Positions 25,498 to 37,601 of a DNA stretch of 64,000 nt are shown piece after piece. The DNA comes from Octopus sinensis (Eukaryota). The notes below the pieces were generated by a model that worked only from the letters and a program-made list of their open reading frames with translations, was not told the DNA's origin and did not search any database. How positions within the stretch are numbered: position 1 is the stretch's first letter; every line of letters starts with the position of its first letter. Made by a program: the position numbers and the translations under genes. The stretch covers positions 27,900,001 to 27,964,000 of the forward strand of contig NC_043005.1 in assembly GCF_006345805.1 (NCBI RefSeq). The letters run 5' to 3'.

Positions 25498-26229
25498 CTG
25501 CAGTGAAGGATGAAAATCAACAGTTTCAGATTGGTAGAAAATGGGAGGTTGCAGTGACATTTTTTAAATGTTTTAACCAGTGAGACATGAGTCCTGAATG
25601 CAGAGGACAGATAAAGGCTGTAGAGGAACAAAGCTAGTATGCTCCAATGGATGTGCGACAAAGCATTGGTGTATTGAGGGAGAAGTTGGACACAAGGAAT
25701 TAGATGCAGTGGGCAAGAGATAAGTCTGCGCTGGTTTGGTCAGGGGATGTGAACAGCTGCATAGAGAAAAAGTGGCAAGAAGCTGTGGAAGAGGGACACC
25801 CGGGAAGGCATGGGACAAAGTTTTGAAGGCCAATCTCAAAACGCTGAACCTTACGATGATGAGGACAGATGTGTGGTGCAGAGCTTTACTCGAGAAGATC
25901 CAAAACAGAAATGAGATCTTAAAACAAAGGTGCCGCACATATGTCTGTATGTATGTATTGACATCGTGAGACGGATGTAAATGAGCATCACCTTCATACA
26001 AGCAATGTTCTTTGTTTTCAGTCTTCCATAAAAAAAATGTTGGGTCACAAGGAAACATTACCTTGCTAGAAAGCTGTATATGGGTGGTAATAGGAAGGAC
26101 CATGGGCCATAGAAAATCTGCCTCAATGAATTGTCTGACCCATGCAAGAATTGAAAAGTGAAAACAAAAAAAAACAAATTAATTACTGTTGTTAAATATC
26201 TCTGTTGAAATGTTAATAATTAATAGTAA

Positions 26230-27352
26230 GCAATTTCAGAAAACAGACTCCATCACATGCCAGGGGAAGGAACTAGAAGTAGTTGATAGCTTCTGCTACC
26301 TAGGTGACCAAGTCTGTAGTGGGGGTAGATGCTCAGAGAGTGTTACCACTAGAATAAGAATAGCCTGGGCAAAGTTCAGAAAGCTTCTATCCCTACTGGT
26401 AACAAAGGGCCTCTCGCTCAGAGTGAAAGGTAGATTGTACGATGCATGTGTGCGAACTGCCGTGCTTCACAGCAATAAAACATGGGCAGTGACTGCTGAA
26501 GACATGTGTAGGCTTGAAAAAAATGAAGCTAGCATCATCCCTGGGATGTGTAATGTCAGTATGCACACACAACAGAGTGTAAGCACCCTGAGAGAAATGC
26601 TAGATATAAGAAGCATTGACGTTTGCATTGGTATGGTCATGTACTGCAGATGGATGAAGAGAGCAGTGTGAGAAGGTGCCACTCCCAAACAGTGCAAGGA
26701 ATCCAGGGTAGAGGGAGACTTGAAAAGATATAGGATGAGGTGGTGAAGCATGACCTTCAAGCGTTGGGCCTCACAGAGGCAATGACAGGGGATCGAAACT
26801 TCTGGAAGTATGCTGTGACTGAGAGGACCCAGCAAATAAAGTGAGTTCACAGCTATAACCTGATAGTGTGGTGGGTCCTTTTTACATGCCACCGGCACAG
26901 GGGCCAGAGAATCTTTTGAAAGGAATTCATTATCTGTTAATTATTAACCAGCCAACTCAAAAGTACCTTGGATCATAGGGCGGCATGTTGTGCTTGAGGA
27001 GACCTACTGAGTCAAGTACATCAGCAATATCAAAATCAAATCAAATGGAATTCGTAGCTGTGACCCCGTGCCGGTAGCACATAAAAAGCACCATCCGAAT
27101 GTGGCCGATGCCAGTGCTGCTCTGAGTGGCATCCATGCTAGTGGCACATAAAAAGCACCATCTGATTGTGGAAAATGCCAGCTCCTCTGGCCCCTGTGCC
27201 AGTGGCATGTAAAAAGAACCCACCACACTATCGGAGTGGTTGGCATTAGGAAGGGCATCCAGAAGTAGAAACACTGCCTGGTGCAGCCTCCTGGCTTCCC
27301 AGACCCCAGTCAAGCTGTCCAACCTATGCCAGCATGGAAAACGATGATGATG
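26230..27352 (+). mobile_element. RTE-clade LINE 3' fragment
   Basis: ORF 26189-26671: VVDSFCYLGD...RIRIAWAKFRKLL...KGRLYDACVRTAVLHS..TW; RTE tail. Confidence 0.85.
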
Positions 27353-27458
27353 ACAATGGCATCAAGTAGACTTAATTTTAAAATACAATGAATCCAATCA
27401 CTAATCATTCTATTAACAAAACATTATCCACCAAAAATGTTTAAAAGACAATTCCTAC

Positions 27459-27570
27459 CTTTTTTGATTAAATTAATAGTGTGCTGGCAGTTACTTTGGA
27501 ATTCCTCATTATCCTGGCATTTTCTCACCAGAAACATCTTTGACAGATAATGAATTCCTTTCAAAAGATT
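27459..27570 (-). CDS. RIMOC1: RIMOC1 coding exon 6
   Basis: tttcag|AAT...AAA G|gtagga; NLLKGIHYLSKMF resembles YLLDGISYLLQML; phases 0/1 fit neighbours. Confidence 0.9.
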
Positions 27571-27884
27571 CTGAAATAAAAGATAGATGAAAGATTTTTT
27601 AACTACTTCCACAATGTGTATTTCAAAAATTCATTAAATCTTTTTGTCAACTTCAAGAATAATATGTAGAATGAAAATTATATTTAAAATGCCACACAAG
27701 AGGAGACAGCTTTCTCTCTATGTTCAACTATTACTGAGATTGTGACATTTTCTTTCATCAACCTAAGATATAAAATAGCACCTGCTATATACTGATCCTA
27801 TTTCATTAATTATATTTCCTAACAAGTCTAGATTAATGACCTCCAGTATGGGAAAGTGGGGAATGGGAAGCTAAATATCCTGTA

Positions 27885-28033
27885 GTACATTATTTGCATT
27901 ATTTACATTTGACGGATATTTGTCCTCATCTTGCTTGTTGTTAACATGTTTCAGCTGATATACCTTTCAGCCTTCATCAGGTGTCTTGGGGAAATTTCGA
28001 ACCTGAGTTCTCATTCCTAAGGTATTTTTGATG

Positions 28034-28069
<36 letters not shown>

Positions 28070-28332
28070 AATTGAACTCAGAATCTTGGGGTTAGTAGCC
28101 GTGCTCTTAACCACTATGCCATATGCCCGTGGTGTAGTGGTTAAGAGTGTGGGCTACTAACCCCAAGATTCTGAGTTCGATTCCTGAATAATAACATCGA
28201 AAAATAACTTAGGAATGAGAACCCAGGTTCTCCAAGACACCTGCTGGAGGGTTAACAACAAACAAGATGAAGAAAAATATCCGTCAAATGTAAATAATGT
28301 ACATAATACCTCATCTCTTAGATATAAAACTG
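27885..28332. mobile_element. tRNA-head plus hammerhead-motif repeat, head-to-head pair with both heads
   Basis: Minus copy ends ATATGCC at about 28127; plus copy starts TGGTGTAGTGG at about 28130; hammerhead-like core 27945-27984 (-); core deleted in the plus copy. Confidence 0.85.
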
Positions 28333-28615
28333 TCTTGTAGTATGATGGAATGGTAGACTAAATGCCCTATGGCATAGTAGAGCTGATGGAGTGGCAAGTT
28401 AAATGCTTTATAGTATCTGACTGTGTTTCTTTATGTTTTGAATTCAAATTCCTTCTCAGTCAGTTTTGTCATTCATTTCTGCAAGGTTGTTAAATGACAA
28501 GGGACAGGCTAATTAACAAGCAGTGACTCTACAAACAATAAAGTTTCTTATCTACAGCTGACTTCACATCAAACTAAATACACTGTAGTAGTATTTGAAC
28601 CATAAACAATCTCAC

Positions 28616-28747
28616 CTGATTGAACATGTCTTTTGTTCTATTTCGTCTCTCTGCATCATCATTAACAGTACTGCAGTACATATACAGCAATGCACCCTGG
28701 CGCCAACAGATGCATTCATATATTTCTGCGCCTAAAATCTCACCAAC
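28616..28747 (-). CDS. RIMOC1: RIMOC1 coding exon 5
   Basis: cgaag|GTT...CAG|gtgaga; ILGAEIYECICWRQGALLYMYC matches the C5orf51 motif LECLSWRRGALLYMYC. Confidence 0.95.
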
Positions 28748-30329
28748 CTTCGATGTTAAATAAGAAAATGTATTAAATATTAAAACAGAATTATCAATAA
28801 CTTGTTTAGGAAGGAGGGCTAAGTACAAGTGATGGATGAAAGCTACCACACAGCTGAATAATGAGAAAAAACATTTATTCAAGATTCTAGGTTTACTAAT
28901 AATTATAATTATTTCTAATTTTGGTACAAGGCCAGTAATTTTGAGGGTTAGATGCGAGTGTTTACCATCAAACCCAGTACTTGATTGGTACTTATTTTAT
29001 AAGCCCAGAAAAGATGAAAAGCAAGGCCAACCATGGCAAAATTTGAACTCAGATGGTAAAATTCAGGGACAAATATTGCATTTTTTTCTGATGCTTTAAC
29101 AATTCAGCCAAGTTGCTGCTTTACATGATAATGAAAGTAATGGTTTCTGATTTAGCTACAAGACCAGCAAATTTACAGAGGCCAGTGCTGCCTGACTAGC
29201 TTCCATGCTGGTGGCACGTAAAAAGCACCATTCAAGCATGGTCAATGCCAGTGCCATCTGACTGTCCCTCATGCTTGTGGCACGTAGAAAGCACCCACTA
29301 CACTCTCGGCATGGTTGGCACTAGGAACGGCATCCAGCTGTAGAAACTTTGCCAGATCGGATTGGAGCCTGGTGCAGCCTCCTGGCTTGCCAACCCTCAG
29401 TCAAACCGTCCACCACATGCCAGCATGGAAAGTGGATGTTAAATGACAACGGTGGTGATGATGATTAGTCAAAACCATCAATTTTATTACTTGACTGCTA
29501 CTTCATTTTTATCAAACTCAGAGAGATGAAGAGATGAAGTTGACCTAAGTGGGATTTGAGATCGGAATGCAAAGAGCTGCAACAAATATTACATTCTTTC
29601 TGATGCTCTAATAATTCTCCCAGCTCACTCCTTTATAAATTAATAATTATTTCTACTCTAGACACAAGGATAGTAGATAACATCAACCCCAGTGCGTAAC
29701 TGGTACTTATTTCATCTGAAATAAACTCGACTGCTCTCATAAATGAGAACACTAAAAATGAACCCAACCGCTCTCAAAAATTAAGTAAAAAAAAAATGGA
29801 AAAATAATCCAGAATCCTTGTCCAGTACCAGATCAATCCCAAAATCGAATCAGTTTGTGCCAGTCATGAGGCCAAACATCCCTAAAAATTTCATCTGAAT
29901 CTATCCAGCAGTTCTTGAGATATCTTGTCCACGGACAAACAAACAAAACTGAAACAATACTTCCACCTTTTCTAGGGTGGAGGTAATAAATTTGCATTTC
30001 CTTTCATTTAAAGTTCACTTCACAACCCATAGTTTTGTGTTCAGTCCAATGGTGTGGCACCTTAGGCAAGTGTTTTCTACTACAGCCCCAGGCTAACCAA
30101 ACTCTTGTGAATGGAAGCCAGTCATGTGTGTGTGTGTTTGTGTCACCTTGTCTTGATGTTGTGTGACAATTGTAAATGCATGTCACTGTCATATAAGCAG
30201 TGTCCTTCATTTCCAGACTCCCATGAAGACATATCCTGTGATGGGAAACTATTAGTTTTCCTGGAAACAGATGAAGGTTGGCAACAGAAAGGGTATCCAC
30301 CTGCTGAAAATTTGCCTCAATATCATCAT

Positions 30330-30710
30330 CATTTAGCGTCCGTTTTCCATGCTAGCATGGGTTGGACGGTTTAACCGGGGTCTGTGAAGCCGGAAGGCTT
30401 CATCAGGCCCAGTCAGATTTGGCAGTGTTTCTACGGCTGGATGCCCTTCCTAACGCCAACCACTCCGCAAGTGTAGTGGGTGTTTTTTACGTGCCACCTG
30501 CACAGGTGCCAGACAGAGCTGGCACAACGGCCACGAACGGATGGTGCTTTTACGTGTCACCGGCACGGGGCCAGCCGAGGCTGGCAACAAACACGAGCGG
30601 ATGGTGCTTTTACGTGCCACCAACACGGGGCCAGACAGAGCTGGCAAACGGCCACGAACGGACGGTGCTTTTACGTGTCACCGGCACGGGGGCCAGCCGA
30701 ACATCTGCAG
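30330..30710 (-). mobile_element. RTE 3' UTR fragment with four tandem units of about 60 nt
   Basis: RTE tail at 30330-30470; units at about 30480, 30541, 30601, 30662. Confidence 0.75.
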
Positions 30711-31500
30711 TAAGTTACAATGCATTACTGCCATTAGTATAGTTTATTTCTAGTTTTAAGCAGAGTTTGGTGTTGGATACACCAAACACTGATGTAAACA
30801 AACAGGAAAACAGTTGTTGTCATCGTCATTTAACATCTGTTTTCCATGTTGACATATATAGGACAATTTGGCAGGATCCAGCAAATGCAGGGCTGCATCA
30901 AGCTCTCACACCAGCTTTGGCATGGTTTCTATGGTTGGATGCCCTTCCTAACACCAACCACTTTACAGTATGTGCTGGATGCTTTTTTTCCTGCCACCAG
31001 CACTAGTGAGGTTGCCAAGTAACTTGCAAGACAGAAAAGAGAAAAGCTCCTGCTAGTAAGGAGAATATTTGAGGAGAGAAGTGGCTTTTTGCCAGGTATT
31101 TATGTCTTTATTGCCCACAGGGGGCTAAACATAGAGGGGACAAACAAGGACAGACAAAGGGATTAAGTCGATTACATCGACCCCCCAGTGCATAACTGGT
31201 ACTTATTTAGTCGACTCTGAAAGGATGAAAGGCAAAGTCGACCTCGGTAGAATTTGAGCTCAGAATGTAATGGCAGATGAAATACCACTAAGCATTTCAC
31301 CCAGCATGCTAATGTTTCTGCCAGCTCACCGGATATTGAAAGGCTAAAGTATGAGAGAGAGACAAGCACAGATGTCTCGTTATAGAGGGGATACATCGGT
31401 ACCCCTTATTATATAAGGGTGGGTGAGAGTAATAAAGATGGAGATAATTAACATGATAATTGAATAAATTTTTAATTAACACCAGAATTATCTGTCTTAC

Positions 31501-31553
31501 CTGTTCTTGAGGAAACAATTCCTGACACAACTCCACTGGTTTTTCAAGTTGTT
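31501..31553 (-). CDS. RIMOC1: RIMOC1 coding exon 4
   Basis: gtttcag|AA...CAG|gtaaga, 53 nt; QLEKPVELCQELFPQEQ; phases 1/0 fit. Confidence 0.85.
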
Positions 31554-31697
31554 CTGAAACAAATGATCACTTTGAATAAACAGCTGGAGACAGAGAGAGA
31601 GTGTGTGTTGTGTGTGTGTGCGTGTGTAATTATACATGTTATTGTTATTTCTCATAAATCTGAGAGAACAAAGAGGAAGAAAGTCAGGAATACTTAC

Positions 31698-31791
31698 TTA
31701 GTAGATCTCTCACCTTCTCTTCACTAGAATGTTCCGGAAAATCTGTTTCTGTCAGGATTGACTCTGTGTAAAAAGTGAAATCAAGCATAGC
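31698..31791 (-). CDS. RIMOC1: RIMOC1 coding exon 3
   Basis: atttcag|GCT...CTA A|gtaagt; AMLDFTFYTESILTETDFPEHSSEEKVRDLL resembles AILDMTYFEENKLVDEDFPEDSS.QKVKELI. Confidence 0.93.
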
Positions 31792-32331
31792 CTGAAATCA
31801 GTTTAGAAAAAGAAAAGAAAAGAACAGTTCCACTATAAATCTATGTGTATTAACATGAGTGTATTTGTGTGTGTGTGTGTGTGAGAGTGTATATGTAGCT
31901 ATGGATGTGTGTCTATGTGTATATACATACACACACACACACCATTATTGTTGATTCAGTTCCATTATGAATGCACATGTATTAACATAGCTATATTTAT
32001 CTATTTGTACATCTCATAGGCACAAAATCATATTCAGTTTGGCTATCAATGTATGAATTTATATAAGAGGCATAAATAAGCGACAGACAAACCAATGAAC
32101 AAAAATCATCACAGAAAGGCAACTAATGAGAAAGAACAAGAAAGATACAACATAACAAAATCAACAAATACTGAACCACCATTAACTGGTTACATCAAGT
32201 AGGGTACCAAAAGTTGGCAACAGCAACATTGAGGCCTTCATCTAGCAGTAGACTAACAACAGCTATCATCGGTAACGCGGCGTGGTAGATATGCTTTAGG
32301 ATACATAAATGTATTGAAAAATAATTAGAAA

Positions 32332-32569
32332 GTACATTATTTACATTTGATGGATATTTGTCCTCATCCTGTTTGTTGTTAACACAACATTTCGAATGAT
32401 ATACCCTCCAGCCTTCATCAGGTGTCCTGGGGAAATTTCGAACCTGGGTTCTCATTCTTAAGGTATTTTTCTGATGTTATTATTGTTATCATTATTATTC
32501 AGATCACTGGAATCGAAGTCAGAATCTTGGGGTTAGTAGCACGCGCTCTTAACCACTACGCCATATGCC
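32332..32569 (-). mobile_element. tRNA-head plus hammerhead-motif repeat, single copy
   Basis: GGCATATGGCGTAGTGGTTAAGAGC...TTCGATTCC head; core ACAC-CTGATGA-A-GGCTG...GAAA-TG-TT-GTGT at 32382-32425. Confidence 0.85.
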
Positions 32570-34871
32570 AGTGGCAAAGTAGCATTGAAGATCTCGACTA
32601 TGTTTTAACCAGTGAAAGAGTTTCTTAGCACTCACTCAATATACACAATGTAACAGTCAAATTTTCCACCATATAATCCTTACATTCTTTAAAATGAGAA
32701 CCCCAAGAAACAGGGAGGGAATTAATCAGTCAATGTCACTTTATAATTAAATTATTAATTAATTTCCTTTCACTCAGTGTTTTTTACAAGCATTTCCATA
32801 CAATAAACTACATAACACAGAACCAGTAATCAATAATGAAGGCAATACTTCAACCAAGTAGGCAGTGAGCTGGCAGAAACATTAGCACGCCGGGTGAAAT
32901 GCTGAGCGGTATTTCATCTGTCTTTACATTCTGAGTTCAAATTCCGCCAAGTTGCATACAGAGGTCTATCTAATCGACTGCACCCTCCATCCCCAAATAT
33001 TTCGGGCCTTGTGCCTATACAAGAAAATAATATTTTAGCACGGGAAGGTGGCAAGCTGGCAGAAACGTTAGCATGCGTTCTGAGTTCAAATTCCGTTAGC
33101 TTTACGTTCTGAGTTCAAATTCCGTCAAAGTCGATTTTGCCTTTCATCCTTTCGGGGTCGATAAATTAAGTACCAGTTGCGTACTGAGGTCGATCTAATC
33201 GACTGCCCACCCCTCCTCATCCCACAAAATTTCGAGCCTTGTGCTTAGAATAGAAAAGAATATTTCTACCAAGACTAACACAGCAAGAACATCCGAGTTG
33301 TTTCCCTTGCTAACCTGGCCTAACAATTATGATAACTTAATCTAATCACTAAATTTACACAGCTGTGGTTAATTCCGATTGGAAAACATTTGAAATAATC
33401 TGACCCAGCTTTTTAATGAGTGAACACGCAATCATTCAACTGAAAGGTGTTTCTATACCTGTTAGTCATTTGATTAACTCAGAACATAATTTTCAGGAGA
33501 AATCAGTGTGACACAGTGTATGTGTGTGTGTGTGAGACAAGGCTGAATTATAGGTACAATCAATGCAACCAATGAATTTTCAAAGATTTTGCCAACCCAG
33601 TCTCTCATAGGCCATGGTTAAGTTGACCTGAGGCTATGGTAAGAGAAACTTGCTCAAGATGCCATGCAGTGAAATCAAAACTTAAGATCTCAAGGTTGCA
33701 AAACAAACTCCTTAACCACTCAGCCATGCCTACATCCATGTTTGGTAAAGACAGATTCTGTTGAGGACACAACTGTCATTACAGGGGATTCAACAAGATG
33801 TGAGTTCAAATCATAGTGGGTTTCACATTACTCATTTCTCTCTCATATGTAATCATATCCAGATGCGTTACTTTGTTCAACCTGTAAACATGTCATTAAT
33901 ATTAACTTAAATCCTTTGGTTCTACATGAACCAAAGATAAATTTAAAGGTAAAACGATCATGGCAGAAACGCTGACTGTGTGGTGGACATCTTTTACCAG
34001 CAAATGGAGATTACCGATCCTGTGGTTTATCTCTAAGTTTGTCATCAGCTTCGTCCTTATTGCTAAGTGCTTTTAGAGTAACCCCACCACTTCTAACTAT
34101 ACGCTGATGGGACTTCATCAGCAAAAAGGATGTAATTTAGAAGAACAGGAAGAGCTTTTTGCAAGGATACAGTGGCACTCAGAAGTTGGTTTATAGGATA
34201 CATTTTCCATCATCATCATTTAACATCTGCTGTCCATGCAGGTGTGGGTTGGACAGTTTGATCAAAGCTGATAAACTGAAAAGCTGCACCAGACTTCAGT
34301 ATAATTTGGCAAGGTCTCTATGGCTGGATGCCCTTCCTAAAGGTTTGGAAGGGTGAGAATGGAAATGTAGGACAGCAGCAAAAAAAGAAAAGAGGAGGCC
34401 AAGAAAGATATAGAATAGTTATGCACAGCTTCAACTCCCAAGGCAGCTTGGAAATGGCCAAAAATGTATGAGAACACTGTTGGTGAAAAGTGTGGACATA
34501 ATGACAGCAGTACACTTGCCTGACTCCCTGCCCACTGACTACAAGAAGGAGCACAAAAGATTGGAGAATGAGGAAAATATAAAGGAGAGAGAGAACCTAC
34601 CAAATACATCAGGCAGAGAGAGACCAGATACTGAAATTGGCAGGTGTAAAATTAAAACTACAATTAATAACATGAAGGCAAGGAGAGCAATATGTATATT
34701 TTCAATATGCATACATATGTACGTACATTCATACAAATGAATGTATGTATGTATACTGAAGATATTAACAGTTAATTTTCAGTGTATTGTTGAGACATGG
34801 CAAGAATAACAAGTTGAAAAAAATATTGATTTAAGTTCATAATAAAGAAAATGTAAATCATCTATACTAAC

Positions 34872-34966
34872 CTTAGCATAGAGCTGAAGCTGATGTTTCA
34901 AGGAGATATTCCCAGACAATCCTTCATTACACATTAGACTGCATTTAGACAAAGTTTCACTCTTTT
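34872..34966 (-). CDS. RIMOC1: RIMOC1 coding exon 2
   Basis: tgtttag|AA...AAG|gttagt; KSETLSKCSLMCNEGLSGNISLKHQLQLYAK (LQLYAK resembles LELYTQ); phases 1/0 fit. Confidence 0.85.
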
Positions 34967-35044
34967 CTAAACACAAAAATACAAGATAAATTTCAGTATT
35001 AAACATCTTAAAAGACCTTTTAATAATTTGTTATATATTTGAAG

Positions 35045-35590
35045 AAGTGCCACTCCCAAACAGTGGAAGGAATCCGGGGTAGAGGAAGACATGGGATGAG
35101 GTAGTGAAGCATGACCTTTAAACGTTGGTCCTCATAGAGGCAATGACAAAAGACCAAGACCTCTGGAGATATGCTGTGACTGAGAAGACCCAGGAAATAA
35201 AGTGAGTTCACAGCTGTATCATACGCCAGTACCACATAACCAGCCCACTCAAAAGTACCTTGGATTGTAGCGTAACATTCTGTGCTTGAGATCTATTGAG
35301 TCAAGTACATCAAAACCAAAATCAAATGGAAATTGTAGTTGTGATCCCTGTGCTGGTGGCACGTAAAAAGCACCATCTGAATGTGGCCAATGCCACCTTG
35401 ACTGGCTTCCGTGCCAGTGGCACGTAAAACGTACCCACTACACTCTCAGAGTGGTTAGCATTAGGAAGGGTATCCAGCTGTAGAAACACTGCCAGATCAG
35501 ACTGGAGCCTAGTGCAGCCTCCTGTCTTCCCAGACCCCAGTCAAACCATCCAACCCATGCCAGCATGGAAAATGGACGTTAAATGATGAT
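35045..35590 (+). mobile_element. RTE-clade LINE 3' fragment
   Basis: Same sequence as about 26670-27350, ends in (GAT)n. Confidence 0.75.
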
Positions 35591-35927
35591 GTGTGTGTGT
35601 GGAGAGACAGACAGACAGACAGAGAGGTATAGCTAGAGGTGTAGTCATGGTTGTGTGTTTCAGAAGTTCACCTCCATACTGTTCAGTTATGGTTCTGTTC
35701 TGCTGCATGGTACCTAATGCTAGTATCTTCTATTATAGCACCAGGCCAACCAAGCTAAAAGAAGTCTATCATGTGTGTGTGTGTGTGTGCCTGCGTGCAT
35801 GGCTGTTTAAATCTGTGATTGTCTGTATAAAAATTGCAAAGTATGTTATGGTCGTCAGTTCTCCTATCAACAAATAATCTACTCACTTCATGCCTGCATG
35901 AATATTTGATGAGGAAACATCAACAAT

Positions 35928-36196
35928 TTTGTAGTAAGGATTATTTGCCAACATAACATGGCAGTCCTGGTTTAGGACGAATGTTGCTGTGATTTAGCCC
36001 CAGGAGACATCGTCTCCAGCTGGCTATGTGGCACGATCTGTGTCTTTATATTTTCGAACAAGGGAATCTAGCATATAAGGACACAGATCATGTTATATAG
36101 CCAGCTGGAGACGATGTCTCCTGGGGCTAAATTACAGCAACATTCGTCCTAAACCAGGACTACCATGTTACGTTGGCAAATAATCTCTACTACAAA
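35928..36196. repeat. Foldback element with 124-bp inverted arms and 21-nt loop, RIMOC1 intron 1
   Basis: 35928-36051 versus 36073-36196: no indels, 10 mismatches. Confidence 0.95.
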
Positions 36197-36399
36197 GTAC
36201 TGTTGCTGAATACCTCTCGTTGTGAGATTTACAAATAGTAATTTTCTAATCAACAGTTTTGGTCTAAACTGAGAATGGAACAAGTCAAAGTTACACTCCC
36301 TTGGTATGCTACATGATGCTACATGGCTTCATGTTGTGGTGCTACAGAAACACCTGTTTGTCACTTTAACTCCATTATTTCTTCCTCTTCATACAACAG

Positions 36400-36464
36400 C
36401 AGTAATTTGAGCTGAGTGCTTGCAGCTGCACTTAGCAGTTGCAAGCACTCAGCTCAAATTACTG
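36400..36464. repeat. 30-bp near-perfect hairpin, RIMOC1 intron 1
   Basis: CAGTAATTTGAGCTGAGTGCTTGCAGCTGC-ACTTA-GCAGTTGCAAGCACTCAGCTCAAATTACTG. Confidence 0.95.
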
Positions 36465-37304
36465 GCTAACTGTGAACATGTGACAATAGCACTATATTTA
36501 CATTGGTAAGTAGAATCAAAATTTATATTAAACTGAAGTGTACATGGATGTTATATTCATGATAAATAAATAACTGATTAATTAAACATGAGACATAGTC
36601 GTAGCTGTGTTCAACAAGGTCATTATGCAACCACATGGTTTCAGCTACAGTGCCACTGCACGGCACCTTGGGTAAGTGCCTTCAACTCTAGCCCCAGGCA
36701 AACCAATGCCCTGCAAGTGAATTTGGTAGACAACAACTGTGAGGATATGTCATGTATGTGTATATATATGTATATATATATATTTGTGTGGGTTGTGTGT
36801 ATACACACAAACACACACACGTCTTTGTGTCTGTGTTTAACGCCCCAGTTTCCCCACTGCTTGACAACCGGTATTGGTTTGTTTATGTTCCCATAAAGTC
36901 GTGGTTGAACAAAAAAATAGGATAGAATAAGTACCAGGTTTTAAAAAATAAGTACTGGGGTCGATCTGTTCGGCTAAAACCTTGCAAGGTAGTATCACAG
37001 CATGGTCGCTGTCCAATGACTGAAACAAGTAAAGGATAAAAGTGGATTTTAAAATTGTTTTTTCCGCATTTCCTGAACGTGTCATAGGTCTCACAACATC
37101 ATGTAGATGTTGGAACCGTATGCGCATGGCTATGCATGTGTAGGTGTGTGTGTGTGTGAGTGGTTAAGAGGTTTGTTTCGCAACTACGCGGTTTTGGTTT
37201 CAGTCCCACAACGCAACACCTGGGGCAGGTGTCTTCTTACTGTAGCCCCGAGTTGACCAAATTTTTGTGAGTGAATTTGATAGGCAGAAACTATATGGAA
37301 GCCA

Positions 37305-37341
<37 letters not shown>

Positions 37342-37568
37342 ATGCGCGCGCGCGTCTTTACATTGGTCCCCACAGCACTGAGACAGTCGGTTTGTTTACG
37401 TCCCAATGAAATAGCGATTCGGCCAAAGAAAGCGATAGAATATGTAACAAACATTAAAAGAATAAGCAATTAGATCAATTTGTTCAACTGAACCCTCGAG
37501 GGCGGTGCCCCAGCATGGTCTCAGTCCACTGATTGAAACAAGCGAAGAAAAGAATAAATATGTGCGCG

Positions 37569-37601
<33 letters not shown>

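Noticed and set aside
32510-32569. tRNA gene (also at about 11670-11727 and 28070-28185)
   Set aside because: A/B boxes and an anticodon-like loop (CTACTAA) are present, but there is no 3' acceptor strand complementary to the 5' end, and it is always attached to the same repeat body, so it is a SINE head
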